DNA of 64,000 nt from Chloroflexota bacterium (GCA_003228105.1 QGNN01000002.1:26-64025), one strand, 5' to 3'. Positions 7,791-18,236 are shown, counted from the stretch's first letter. A program made the numbers and translations. Notes: generated by a model from the sequence alone, not told the origin.

Positions 7791-8960
7791 TCAACTAGTG
7801 TTTTTGGTAATAATTGTTGACCCAAATGAAAGTGCAATACACAAAGAGGAGAGAAAAAATAATCCAGGATTAAACCCATTGAATATATCGGCAGAAAAGC
7901 CTAATAAAATTGGACCTAACACTCCACCTACTTCTCCTGCTGTGAAATAGAGTCCTCCGGCCGCACCTGTTTTTTCACCCCCTACCATTGATATTAATGT
8001 AAGCATGATGATCGGCATAACACCTCTTGATGCAATTCCCAGAACGATGAGTACACTCAGAAGCAGAGAGTTTTCAAAATATATTAAACAGATAGTACAG
8101 GCTGCGGCGATCCAAAAAAGCGTAAAAACAATTTTCTTATGTGCGTTGGGTTTCGCAAACTGTGGGATGACTGCTGTCCCTGCTGCCCCCGTAGCAATCG
8201 GTATTGCTGCTAACAACCCGGCTTTTGAGGAGCTTAAACTTTTTTCAATCAGTATTTCAGGAAGCCAATTATTAGTTGCATGATTGAAAAAAAACATTCC
8301 AAGTACGATGATTAGAATTAAACGTACTTCTCTCACTCTAACTAGGTCAGGGAAAGTTTTCATACTTGCTAAGAGATCTTTTTTATCACCGGGGTTTAAG
8401 ATGTCAGGTTTGAGGTCTCTAGCAATTAATATCCAGATTATTGCTGTAATAAAAGCCATGCCAGCCAGTGTCAATAAAGTTAATCTCCAACTATGATCAT
8501 AAAGAGGCATTAGGAGACTGTTGGTAGCTGATAACACAAGTATCCTCCCGACCGCAGGGACAGTCAGATATATTCCCATTGCACGGCCCCGGTCGGATTC
8601 AGAAAACCATGTGCTAATTAATTTTGGTGCGCCAATCGATATGAACGGGCCACCTAAACCAAATACCATTACCGCAAAAAGTAGCGTTTTGTAATCGATG
8701 GCTATGGCCCTAAGGAGTCCGGAAATACCAATAAAGATAACCCCAATCATAATTGTGAATTTCAGATCGAATCTATCTAATAAAGCCCCGGCTGGAATTG
8801 CGGTCAATATATAAATTAGTGGCCATGCGCCCAATACAGTTCCCATCGTCGTACGGCTCAAGCCTAGGTCCTGGCTAACCGGCCCAATTAGAGGAGGTAT
8901 GCCTCCCTGCACTACCCCAATGAGAAATAGGCTAGCCAAACACCTGCGAGCATTACCCAT
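7791..8960 (-). CDS. MFS transporter
   Basis: 389 aa, about 12 hydrophobic helices; LDRFDLK and ESDRGRAMG loop motifs. Confidence 0.8.
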   Translation of the reverse strand: MGNARRCLASLFLIGVVQGGIPPLIGPVSQDLGLSRTTMGTVLGAWPLIYILTAIPAGALLDRFDLKFTIMIGVIFIGISGLLRAIAIDYKTLLFAVMVFGLGGPFISIGAPKLISTWFSESDRGRAMGIYLTVPAVGRILVLSATNSLLMPLYDHSWRLTLLTLAGMAFITAIIWILIARDLKPDILNPGDKKDLLASMKTFPDLVRVREVRLILIIVLGMFFFNHATNNWLPEILIEKSLSSSKAGLLAAIPIATGAAGTAVIPQFAKPNAHKKIVFTLFWIAAACTICLIYFENSLLLSVLIVLGIASRGVMPIIMLTLISMVGGEKTGAAGGLYFTAGEVGGVLGPILLGFSADIFNGFNPGLFFLSSLCIALSFGSTIITKNTS

Positions 8961-9165
8961 CTATATGAAATATTTTGTTGTGGGGATTCTTTCATTAACG
9001 AGCGATATTTCCTGTGGGATACGAAATTGCCCACGCATCAATAAGATTTTGAGGCACTAACTCCGCCAGCGCAAGGCATAAACTCCAACACTAGTTTAGT
9101 ATTTAATGTATAGGTGTATACTTTTTCGCTCTAGCATGTGATGAAGATGAATAGGAGATTTATAT

Positions 9166-10146
9166 ATGTCAGAAAAGAAAATATTTGTTACTAGAAACAT
9201 AGTTCCAGATGCAATTGCCAAGTTGCAACAAAATTTTGAAGTAGAGATCTGGGATCAGGTAACACCTCCACCAAAGGAATTGGTTATACAGAAAGCAGAA
9301 GATTGTGATGGAATGATGATCGAGTCTAATGACATCATGGATGACGAAGTGTTTTCCGCCGCCGAGCGTTTGAAAGTTGTGGGAACCAGGGCAATTGGAA
9401 TTGACAATATAGATCTGGAATCAGCAACCAAAAACGGTGTTCTTGTGGGTAATACTCCCGGAATATTACATGAGTCGTGCGCCGACTTTACGATGGGATT
9501 GATACTTTCTTTAGCTCGTCAAGTAACCCGCTCTAATAGAAAGGTTATTGCGGGGGAATGGAAGTTTTTTGATCAGACGCCATATTTAGGCACCGATGTA
9601 TACGGTAAAACTTTGGGTTTGGTTGGTTTGGGCTTGATAGGTACAGCGGTTGCCAAACGGGCAAGAGGATTTGATATGGAGATCCTTTATCACTCCAGAA
9701 CACGTAAACCAGATGTTGAAGATATGTATGGACTTAAGTGGGTTTCTGATTTGGATAGACTTTTGTCTGCATCCGATTATGTATCTGTTCATGTTCCCCT
9801 CGGACCGGAAACTCAAGGATTTATTGGTTCAAAAGAAATTGGAAAGATGAATGAGAGTGCTTTTTTAATAAATACTTCCAGAGGAGGGACAGTAGACCCA
9901 GATGCCCTACGCGAAGCGTTAACTGCTGGGAAAATAGCAGGAGCAGCTTTGGATGTTACTTTACCTGAACCAATATCGCCGGATGATCCTTTGATCCACA
10001 TGGAGAACGTCATTATTACCCCTCATATCGCTAGTGCCAGCGCGGCCACGCTTAGAAGAATGGGCTTGATGGCAGCCGATAATGTTATTTCACACCTCAT
10101 AGGAAAACCGATGCCCGCTTGTTTGAATCCTGAGGCAGCTGGGTAG
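9166..10146 (+). CDS. D-isomer-specific 2-hydroxyacid dehydrogenase (glyoxylate/hydroxypyruvate reductase-like)
   Basis: 326 aa. GLVGLGLIGTAVAKR NAD motif, INTSRGG, ITPHIASA. Confidence 0.85.
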   Translation: MSEKKIFVTRNIVPDAIAKLQQNFEVEIWDQVTPPPKELVIQKAEDCDGMMIESNDIMDDEVFSAAERLKVVGTRAIGIDNIDLESATKNGVLVGNTPGILHESCADFTMGLILSLARQVTRSNRKVIAGEWKFFDQTPYLGTDVYGKTLGLVGLGLIGTAVAKRARGFDMEILYHSRTRKPDVEDMYGLKWVSDLDRLLSASDYVSVHVPLGPETQGFIGSKEIGKMNESAFLINTSRGGTVDPDALREALTAGKIAGAALDVTLPEPISPDDPLIHMENVIITPHIASASAATLRRMGLMAADNVISHLIGKPMPACLNPEAAG

Positions 10147-10157
10147 CGCGTGGCCTT

Positions 10158-11114
10158 TTGCTGCTGATGAGTATCCGATCTTTAAGCCATACATGTATGG
10201 GTATTCTTGTGATTCTTACCATTCCAGGATGTTTTTTGGTGGAGTCGGAGGAAGCGGAACCTATTACACCCACTCAGGAGCCAACATTTGTAGCGGTAAT
10301 TGTTCCTGTCGCTGCTGCTGAAGATAAACATTCTGTCACTCTGGGCCCATCACCGATATCTATTGCCACCTCCGTTCCTATACCGACAGTGCCCCCTGTA
10401 AATATCAGAGAAATACTCAAACCTGAAGTTGAGGATAAAACTCTTCAGGAAAAAACGTTGGACTCTGTTTCTAAAGTAAATTCGTTTAAATATATTCTTG
10501 AAGGTATTGCTCGAGTTGATGCTGGAGGTATTTTGGTTGCGGTACCACTTTCAGCAACGGGAGCTGTAACTTCTTCCGCCTCCATATCTAAATTTGAAGC
10601 CAATTTATTAGGGATAAGGTTGTATGTGGAATCTGCAAAATCGGGAGATAATATCTATACTAGGGAATCTTCTTTAGAGGAATGGAAAGATAGTCAAAAC
10701 TTGGCTATCGGACATATATCGGATGATTTTTTTAAAGCTATCGGGGATTCTTTTTTGAAATCTGATCTTAGTGGAAGCCATATTCTGATAACGCAAGAAA
10801 AAACCACTTTTTTATTTAGTGATAGTGGACCGGTTGGTTCTGTCACTCCATTATTTGAACTAATTGCTACCGAAGAGGAGTCCCGAAGATTCTCTCCTGA
10901 AAAATGGAAGGTTAATTTGGAGGTAGATTCTGATAATTACGAAATTTCCAAAATCATTTCCGAATTTTCTTTAAGTAACGGTGGCCAATTCCTTTCAGAG
11001 GTATTTGGTATGGAAGGATTATCAGGGGTGGGCAGTACCGATGTTGAACTCGTAATAAGGTTCAGCCAAATTGGCGAGGATTTCCCTGTCGTGATTCCTC
11101 AACCAACTCATTAG
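10158..11114 (+). CDS. hypothetical lipoprotein
   Basis: Signal peptide with lipobox-like LTIPGC, then a Pro/Thr/Val-rich linker. No family recognised. The start may be the ATG at 10167. Confidence 0.5.
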   Translation: MLLMSIRSLSHTCMGILVILTIPGCFLVESEEAEPITPTQEPTFVAVIVPVAAAEDKHSVTLGPSPISIATSVPIPTVPPVNIREILKPEVEDKTLQEKTLDSVSKVNSFKYILEGIARVDAGGILVAVPLSATGAVTSSASISKFEANLLGIRLYVESAKSGDNIYTRESSLEEWKDSQNLAIGHISDDFFKAIGDSFLKSDLSGSHILITQEKTTFLFSDSGPVGSVTPLFELIATEEESRRFSPEKWKVNLEVDSDNYEISKIISEFSLSNGGQFLSEVFGMEGLSGVGSTDVELVIRFSQIGEDFPVVIPQPTH

Positions 11115-11404
11115 CCGTCATACCCTAATACGACGAACCCTTCGGTGTCAGCCGCTTTGTGCCTCAAAGCTGCTACCGGTTTGTATTCCTTTGAATTTCT
11201 AAATTTATCCATATCTTCCCGTGTAGGGAACTCCAATATTACTATTCTTTCAGGTTGCCAGGTAGTGTCATCTGCTAAAATTTCTCCTCCCCGTACTAGG
11301 TATTTCCCACCATATTTTTCGATAATGCTTGGAACCTTTTCCATATATTTCTCGTAGGTTTCCCAATCTTTAACATTAATGCTACTTATTGAATAAACGG
11401 CCAT
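11111..11404 (-). CDS. DUF1330 domain protein
   Basis: 97 aa. YSISSINVKDWETYEKYMEKVPSIIEKYGGKYLVRGG...ILEFPTREDMDKFRNSKEY. Confidence 0.75.
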   Translation of the reverse strand: MAVYSISSINVKDWETYEKYMEKVPSIIEKYGGKYLVRGGEILADDTTWQPERIVILEFPTREDMDKFRNSKEYKPVAALRHKAADTEGFVVLGYDG

Positions 11405-11417
11405 TTTGTTCTCCTGC

Positions 11418-12794
11418 TCATTTGATTTTTGCTCGGATGCCCTTGCCAGGTAATGCGCCTTCTTCTAATTTTGAGTTGGATACCACAGGAATCCCATTAA
11501 CAATCACATGGTTTAGACCTATAGGTGGTTTGATCGGGTCTGTGTAGGTCGATTGATCTTTTACAGTCAACGGGTCAAAAACTACTATGTCAGCGTCTGC
11601 TCCCTGTTTTATTCTACCTTTGTTCAAAAAGGCTGGAGCTCGCCCCTGAAGTCTCCTAGCGGGCATAATAGTCATTTTTGAAAGAGCGGACATTAGATCT
11701 AAATCACCGTTTTCTCTCACATGTTCTCCAAGCACTTTGGTGTAAGAGCCGGCTGTCCTCGGATGCCCTTTCCCATCCTCAATAATACTATCGGTCGCAA
11801 TCATGGTTAAGGGACTTTTCACAGCAGCTTTCATCGATTCTTCCGGAGTAGAGAACGTTATTATCCAGCCCCCACTTTCCCTATACTCTGAGAATGTTTT
11901 AGCAGTTAAATATTCGCCCGTATCAGGCCGCATAAGTTGTTCATAGTCGATGCCGTAATTCTCTTGCCATCCATCGTCAAATAATGCTGATTCTATCTTT
12001 GTCATCCCAGCAGTGTATGGATAGCACTCGGTAGTGACATCTAGACCCGACTGGTTTGCCCCTGAAATCATATCCAAAAGTTGTGGAACCGCTCTCATTC
12101 CCGTGCTATTTATATGGACCACATGTAAGGGAGCCCCTGTAATCGCTGCTGCTGCTATAACTTCTTCCAAAGCCTCTATAGCGTTGGATGGTTCCAGATG
12201 GCCTTTGCCTCTGAGATGCACATGGCAGGAGGCAGCAAATTCCGCTGCAACTTTAAACATCTGTATGACTTCCCATCGACTAGCACCTCTTGTGTAATCT
12301 AGCCCGAAACCTACTGCCAGGGCCCCTTTTTCTAAACCTTTCCTTATAAGATGCTGCATCTCCACTATTTCTGGGTTGCTTGCTAGTTTTCTGCCGGCAT
12401 CTCCTGAGGGTAGAAATACCCCAGGATCATTCATTACTTTCATTCTAACCGGTATGTGCCCTATGCTTGCGCCGAAATTTATAGGCGACTGATTTTCCCA
12501 TTTGGAATAGAAATGCTCTATATCACTTGTTCCTACTTCAAGTTCTAGGGTAGTTGTAACACCATCTAATGCTTGCACTTCAAAAATTTGAGTATCTTGG
12601 GGATGACAATGCAAATCAATAAATCCTGGACATAATATTTGCCCTGGAGCATCTATCATCTGCTCACCATGTAATGGTGAGTCACTGATCATCGCTATTT
12701 TCCCTTGAGATATACCCACATTTTGTAATTGGTCAAGTTTCGATTCTGGGTCCATTACGCGAGCTTGGTTGATAACTATGTCGTAATTGGTCAT
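11418..12794 (-). CDS. amidohydrolase-superfamily enzyme (D-aminoacylase / N-acyl-D-amino-acid deacylase-like)
   Basis: 458 aa. YDIVINQARVMDP...GKI...PGFIDLHCH metal motif; C-terminal ADIVVFDP...VNG beta-sandwich. Confidence 0.65.
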   Translation of the reverse strand: MTNYDIVINQARVMDPESKLDQLQNVGISQGKIAMISDSPLHGEQMIDAPGQILCPGFIDLHCHPQDTQIFEVQALDGVTTTLELEVGTSDIEHFYSKWENQSPINFGASIGHIPVRMKVMNDPGVFLPSGDAGRKLASNPEIVEMQHLIRKGLEKGALAVGFGLDYTRGASRWEVIQMFKVAAEFAASCHVHLRGKGHLEPSNAIEALEEVIAAAAITGAPLHVVHINSTGMRAVPQLLDMISGANQSGLDVTTECYPYTAGMTKIESALFDDGWQENYGIDYEQLMRPDTGEYLTAKTFSEYRESGGWIITFSTPEESMKAAVKSPLTMIATDSIIEDGKGHPRTAGSYTKVLGEHVRENGDLDLMSALSKMTIMPARRLQGRAPAFLNKGRIKQGADADIVVFDPLTVKDQSTYTDPIKPPIGLNHVIVNGIPVVSNSKLEEGALPGKGIRAKIK

Positions 12795-12813
12795 GTTGTG
12801 TTCTTTTACTGGT

Positions 12814-13713
12814 TTAGTTTTTGTTTATGGGAAGCGATGTGTCCCCTTTGGAATTTAGCCTAATTTTATATAGCCCTGTTCTGGCCGTCATGAACAAGGT
12901 ATGGCCATCTTCTCCCCAGCCGCAATTTGCTGGAATTTCTGGCATAAGTATTTTTCCCAGTAGTTCGGATTTTGCTGAGAATACCCATATCCCCCCTGGT
13001 CCAGTTGAATAAACCCGTCCTTCTGTATCAATTTTCATACCGTCTGGGGCGCCTTCTTCACCCGTGTCCAAATTTGCAAATTGCTTGCCATTGACTGGAT
13101 AGCCATCATCATCTATCTCATATACATTGATAAATTTTTCCATTGAATCGGCCACATATAATTTTTTTTCATCGGGTGAAAAGGCTATTCCGTTCGGGCC
13201 TGCCATATCTTTGATTAATAGTTCCAGCCCCGTACCGTTAGAAGACACTCTAAAGACACCGTTAAAATCTAATTCTTTCCCTTGGGTTCTATTCATTAAA
13301 CCATATGGAGGATCAGTGAAGTAAATCCAACCGTCTGATTTCACAACCACGTCGTTCGGACTATTTAATCTTTTTCCCTTGTAACGAGTGGCTACTGCCT
13401 TTATATTGCCATTGGAATCAGTCATGGATACACGCCGGTTGGTATGTTCGCAAGCTATTAGGTTACCGTCATGATCAAGTGTTAAACCATTTGAATTGCC
13501 ACTTGGGTATTTGTACGTAGATATACTTGTCCCTTCCTCTTCAACGTGATATCGAACAATCCTGCTATTCGGAATGTCCGAGAAAAGGAGACATCCACCC
13601 ACCCATATTGGTCCTTCAGTGAATGCAAATCCTGTTGCTATGTGTTCGAGGGAAGAGTCCTTGTTGAGTATTTCTGAGAATGTATCAGAACGAATATCAA
13701 AAGATGAAGTCAT
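12814..13713 (-). CDS. SMP-30/gluconolactonase/LRE-family lactonase
   Basis: 299 aa. TEGPIW...LLFSDIPNSRI, NGLTLDHDGNLIACEH, RLNSPNDVVV, PNGIAFSPDEKKLYVADS, APDGMKID. Confidence 0.85.
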   Translation of the reverse strand: MTSSFDIRSDTFSEILNKDSSLEHIATGFAFTEGPIWVGGCLLFSDIPNSRIVRYHVEEEGTSISTYKYPSGNSNGLTLDHDGNLIACEHTNRRVSMTDSNGNIKAVATRYKGKRLNSPNDVVVKSDGWIYFTDPPYGLMNRTQGKELDFNGVFRVSSNGTGLELLIKDMAGPNGIAFSPDEKKLYVADSMEKFINVYEIDDDGYPVNGKQFANLDTGEEGAPDGMKIDTEGRVYSTGPGGIWVFSAKSELLGKILMPEIPANCGWGEDGHTLFMTARTGLYKIRLNSKGDTSLPINKN

Positions 13714-13825
13714 AGCTGGTACTCCTTGTTATTTTAAAAGCTTGTTGACCATGGACCTATTTCTGGTTTTGCTTCGGACTGGCCCGGCCATGGAGGCATA
13801 GTGGAAATAATAAATTTGAGGCGTT

Positions 13826-14125
13826 TTATCCGGTGTTTCTAAATTGAAATTTGGTATGCTTTGGGATAGTAAGGGGCACCCCGGTTCCAACCTTTACCGT
13901 TTCCTTCATATATCCCTGTTGGCGCCAAACTAAACCAGAACCTTCAGTAAAAAACCATATTTCTTCAACACTTCTATGGGATATAGAGCTAGAAGTTAGC
14001 CCTGGGGCCAGGGTGCACTCGCTTAACCTTCCTCCTTTCACTTCGTGAAATATTCTTATTCCCGAACCATCAGGAGTTTTAACGTGACTTGAAGGAATAT
14101 GACCGGTTTGGAATTTAGAAGGCAT
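13826..14125 (-). CDS. cupin-domain protein
   Basis: 99 aa. G...H.H...EIWFFTEGSG pattern of the cupin_2 fold. Confidence 0.6.
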   Translation of the reverse strand: MPSKFQTGHIPSSHVKTPDGSGIRIFHEVKGGRLSECTLAPGLTSSSISHRSVEEIWFFTEGSGLVWRQQGYMKETVKVGTGVPLTIPKHTKFQFRNTG

Positions 14126-14155
14126 ACATAGGTCTGCGATGTTAATTATTGGGTA

Positions 14156-14476
14156 TTAATCACCCATTAGGGATGGATCAACAGTTTCATAAAATTCTAT
14201 GTGTTGGCTTTCAAGAAGAGGCCTATATTTGGCTCCTGCTTCCATTGCTTCCTTAGGAATGTTATTCCCTTCCCTACCTGGAGACATGATTGCATCATCA
14301 AACCATTCTAATGTTACGATATTTTGTTCACCTGGTAGGGTATATCCATTGTATGAAACCGTGAATTCCCCCCTGTGCCCCGAATCGTGATAAATTTTTG
14401 CTTGTTGATAGACAAGTTTTGCCACGTTACCTGCTTCACCAGGCTTGGTTCTATAAACGCGTCTGATTCTGTACAT
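14156..14476 (-). CDS. hypothetical protein (106 aa)
   Basis: Clean ORF in an operon context; no family recognised. Confidence 0.45.
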   Translation of the reverse strand: MYRIRRVYRTKPGEAGNVAKLVYQQAKIYHDSGHRGEFTVSYNGYTLPGEQNIVTLEWFDDAIMSPGREGNNIPKEAMEAGAKYRPLLESQHIEFYETVDPSLMGD

Positions 14477-14544
14477 TGATTAACTCCATTTTAATTATTT
14501 TGATTACATATTAACTGACGAGACGTTTGCAGGGTATGGATAGG

Positions 14545-15528
14545 TCAAAGTAATCCAATAAAATCCTCAATTTCCGCGAGTGTAGGCATCGCAGCAGTAT
14601 CCCCTTTTTTGGTGCAGGTAAGGGCCCCGCAGATATTTCCTACTTTTAATGCTTTGGTCAGTGGCTCTACCTGGCTTTTATACTCAGCTTTAAGAAAATC
14701 ACGCAAGGAAATGTTCTGCCGAATTAAGGTGCCGAGAAAGCCGGCAACAAACGCGTCACCGGCACCAACGGGGTCAATAACCTCGATTTCGATGCTGGGT
14801 TCACGGATGTGGTTGGTTCCATTGAAAAGTACTGCTCCCGATTCTCCATCTGTCACGATAGTTAGCGTGCCGGGCCCTTGATAGAAGTTAGCAGCATATT
14901 CATCTGCTGAAAGGTTTTGCTGCCAAATCGTTTCTGCCTCATCGTGGCCCACTTTAAATATAGATATGAATGGCAAAAGTTCTTCCAATGTATTTTTGGC
15001 TTCAGTTGGGTTCCAAAGTTGCTCTCGGTAATTAACATCTAGACAAACAGGAATATCCACTTGATCACAGAATTCTAGAGTCTTGACCACGGTTTCCAAG
15101 TTCGTCTTACTGAGCGCCGGTGTGATCCCTGTAATATGCATCATGTCCGCTTTTTGTAAGTGCTTTTTTACTTGCTGAAATGGTATCTCACTTGCGGCAC
15201 TTCCTTTTCTGAAATACGTTTTTATATGTTGACCGTCTTTATGGTGATTCAGATAGGAAATTCCCGTTTTTTCACCAAAATAAGTGGGGGCATCAATATT
15301 GATATGTTGCGAAATATTTTTTTGGATTATCCTACCTGCATCATCTTCGCCGAGACGGCTGATCCAAAAAATTTCTGCGTGATCTTTAGTTATTTTGGAC
15401 AGATTAATTGCAACATTCGATTCAGCGCCTGCCACATCAAGGAAATATCGTTTCTTGGGGTCAAATGATCCAGTGTATTCCGCGTTGTACTGGACCATGG
15501 TTTCCCCAAAAGTTATGAATTTTTGCAC
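14545..15528 (-). CDS. PfkB-family sugar(-acid) kinase (2-dehydro-3-deoxygluconokinase-like)
   Basis: 327 aa. GAESNVAINL; C-terminal DPVGAGDAFVAGFL motif. Confidence 0.8.
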   Translation of the reverse strand: MQKFITFGETMVQYNAEYTGSFDPKKRYFLDVAGAESNVAINLSKITKDHAEIFWISRLGEDDAGRIIQKNISQHINIDAPTYFGEKTGISYLNHHKDGQHIKTYFRKGSAASEIPFQQVKKHLQKADMMHITGITPALSKTNLETVVKTLEFCDQVDIPVCLDVNYREQLWNPTEAKNTLEELLPFISIFKVGHDEAETIWQQNLSADEYAANFYQGPGTLTIVTDGESGAVLFNGTNHIREPSIEIEVIDPVGAGDAFVAGFLGTLIRQNISLRDFLKAEYKSQVEPLTKALKVGNICGALTCTKKGDTAAMPTLAEIEDFIGLL

Positions 15529-15562
15529 GGGTACTTCCCTTGAAAAATTATTATGGAGTTTT

Positions 15563-16321
15563 TTATTTAGTCGCCTTTGTTACAGCTTTGTGGAATTTTT
15601 CTGCCCCTTCAGCTAACCATGGGAGATAGCTGAATGAAAAAAAACGGGCACCTAAATCTATATATTTTCCTACTGCATCAGTTCCAGCTAGGGTGCCTGC
15701 GGTTCTACCCGAGGAGCTGATTTTTTTGATAGCACCTTCCACAACTTCGTTTACTTCCCTCCGGTCCGCTCCTCCTGGATAGCCCATGGTTTGCGCTAGA
15801 TCTCCTGGGGCTACAAAGAACACATCAATGTTTTCAACTTCAAGTATCTCATCGAGATTATTGATCGCAATGATGTCTTCGATCAAGATAATCAGCATGG
15901 TTTGATCATTTGCTTGACTGAAATAGTCATCCACCCCTATACCCTGCCTACTGGTGAAGGAACCTCTGTTCCCTATTGGCCCGAATTTACCAGAATCCAC
16001 TACTGAAAGTGCCTCCTCTTTAGTATTTATGTGAGGGACTGTGATTGCTTGGGCGCCAAGATCGAAAGTTCTGTAGATGGTGGCCGGGTCATTTTGGTGA
16101 ACCCGCACAATAGGAGTCATATCCCAGAGGTCACAGGCTCTTGTTAAATCGGGTATGTTGTTGAAATCTACAGGACCATGCTCCCCTTCTAGCCACATTG
16201 CGTCAAATCCCAAAGGACCAAAATGTTCTATTAAATCTCCATTCATAGGCCCCATAGGGACTGACACTATTTTCCCATCGCTTAAATTCTTTTTTGCTTT
16301 ATTTTGTCTCAAGTTAGTCAT
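15563..16321 (-). CDS. HpcH/HpaI-family class II aldolase (2-keto-3-deoxy-acid aldolase)
   Basis: 252 aa. WLEGEHGP, VRV, ILIEDI, FFVAPGDLAQTMG. Confidence 0.8.
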   Translation of the reverse strand: MTNLRQNKAKKNLSDGKIVSVPMGPMNGDLIEHFGPLGFDAMWLEGEHGPVDFNNIPDLTRACDLWDMTPIVRVHQNDPATIYRTFDLGAQAITVPHINTKEEALSVVDSGKFGPIGNRGSFTSRQGIGVDDYFSQANDQTMLIILIEDIIAINNLDEILEVENIDVFFVAPGDLAQTMGYPGGADRREVNEVVEGAIKKISSSGRTAGTLAGTDAVGKYIDLGARFFSFSYLPWLAEGAEKFHKAVTKATK

Positions 16322-16345
16322 TATTTTCCTCTAGTTTGTTTGTTC

Positions 16346-17311
16346 TTAGAACCATTTTTCTTTATCAACGATATTATTTAGTTCAGCGTTACCTAGAAAT
16401 AGTCGGGCATTTTCTATCAATATTTGATACCTACGTTCAGATAAGTTCTCTGCGTCTGCCACTGCAATGTGAGGCGTCATGAGAACGTTGTCTAGGCCCC
16501 ACAATTTATGGTCTGAAGGTAAAGGTTCTGTTTCATAAACGTCAAGCCCACATCCCGCAATAACCCTTTTTTCCACCGCTTCAGCTAAGTCATCTAACTT
16601 GCAGACCATACCTCTACCTATATTTATAAAATAGGAGGTTTTTTTCATGAGGCTGAAGGTAGCTTTGTTGAATGAAAATTCAGTCTCAGGTGTGTGAGGT
16701 ACAGTGGTGATCACAAAATCGGCTTGAGGAAGAAGTTCGGCAAGGGATTCAGGCTGGTACATCTCTACACCTTCAATTTTATATTCCTGCCTCGGGTCAA
16801 TTCCGATCACCCGCATTCCAAGTTCTCGACATAATCTCGCGGTCTCATGCCCTATTCCACCTACCCCGTTAATTAAAGCAGTGGAGTTTCCGAGAAAAAC
16901 GTAAGGTGTTTTTCGGGCATTTTTATCCCATATACGATCTCTTTTTGCGTCCATATACCATGGCAACCCTCGGGATAACGCCAGTATAAACATTAGGATG
17001 TGATGAGAGATGTGATCCGAATAAATCCCTCTAGGATTTGTGATCGTTAGAGAATGCTTACACAGATCTTCGTAGTAATATCCGAAGAAAGGCCCAGCGT
17101 CAGGATTGTGTAACCACTGGATTTTGGAAGCTGCCTCAAGAGCTTCAGGAGGTATCCATCCCATAGCTGCATCAGCATCTTTGATCATTCCTATAGCATC
17201 CTCATCTGTTTCAGGGGAATGAACATCATATTCGGGCAAAGTGTCAGAAAGTCTGGCGGCGAACTCCCGCTTTAGATCATCTTGGGGCGGCATAAAAACG
17301 AATTTTGGCAT
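16346..17311 (-). CDS. D-2-hydroxyacid dehydrogenase-family NAD-binding oxidoreductase
   Basis: 321 aa. INGVGGIGHETARL, INIGRG, TPHIA. Confidence 0.8.
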   Translation of the reverse strand: MPKFVFMPPQDDLKREFAARLSDTLPEYDVHSPETDEDAIGMIKDADAAMGWIPPEALEAASKIQWLHNPDAGPFFGYYYEDLCKHSLTITNPRGIYSDHISHHILMFILALSRGLPWYMDAKRDRIWDKNARKTPYVFLGNSTALINGVGGIGHETARLCRELGMRVIGIDPRQEYKIEGVEMYQPESLAELLPQADFVITTVPHTPETEFSFNKATFSLMKKTSYFINIGRGMVCKLDDLAEAVEKRVIAGCGLDVYETEPLPSDHKLWGLDNVLMTPHIAVADAENLSERRYQILIENARLFLGNAELNNIVDKEKWF

Positions 17312-17405
17312 ATCCTACTCCTAAGGATTCCTTGATATAAACCTGGAAACTTAATGAGGATATAACACTTACCAAAATCGGTAAATTGAAAGGCTGGAGA
17401 TTTTA

Positions 17406-18236
17406 ATGACCGTCGTGGATACTCACACCCATGCTGGAGCCAACTAGTTTGAACCCCTGGAAACCTTGTTGTACCAAATGACTTTGAACCAGATGGATCA
17501 TGCTGTTCTAATACAACATGGTAGACCAGAACAGGGGACATATGACCATAGTTACCTATACGAATGCGACAAAAGGTTTCCAGGAAAATTCAACATAATA
17601 GTCATGGTAGATTCTGGTAAGAAGGATTCAGTAAGGAAATTGGAAGAACATAGGGAAAAAGGAGCCGTGGGCGTTCGTCTCACAACAACAACCCGTTCCC
17701 TCGGACCAGACCGGTTTGCCATTTGGCGAAAAGCTGCTGAAATTGACATGGTTGTTAGTTGCATGGGCACCGTAGAGGGTTTCTCGTCTGATCAATTTGC
17801 AGAACTCGTATCTGAATTCCCCAAAATGCCTATAATAATTGAGCATTTAGCAGGTGGGGGAGAAGAGAGTGCATTTCCAAGAAATGGGAAGGCTTCGGCT
17901 GCCCCGTATTCTAAATTTTAAAAGGCTATGCAATTGGCTGATTTTGGGAACACATATTTAAAAATTCATGGTCTAGGCGAGTTTAACAATAGACCAAATG
18001 CCTTAAAGGAAAAATCCAGCCATTTTTCGGATGATACCCCTCCCCTTTTAAACATGGCGAAAGACTCTTTCGGATACAAGGAGATTATGTGGGGTAGTGA
18101 TTACCCTCCCCTTAGTGGCCGGGAGGGCTATAGAAATGTAATGAAGACAGCTATGGACAATACGGTCTTCACGAAACCCACGGAAATTGATTGGATTATG
18201 GGTAAAACTGCTCTAACTTTGTTCGATTTTGTATAA
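17406..18236 (+). pseudogene. amidohydrolase_2 (PF04909-type metal-dependent hydrolase) gene with two in-frame stops and no frameshift
   Basis: ATG at 17406 gives MTVVDTHTHAGAN-TAG(17445)-FEPLE...IIIEHLAGG...YSKF-TAA(17919)-KAMQLADFGNTYLKIHGLGE...MWGSDYPP. All three pieces are in one frame. The total of 277 codons is the normal family length. Confidence 0.7.

Noticed and set aside
17445-17447. In-frame TAG in the amidohydrolase_2 gene as pyrrolysine or read-through
   Set aside because: A second in-frame TAA follows in the same gene. TAG is used as a normal stop by neighbouring genes, no pyl genes are present, and this family has no known Pyl members.
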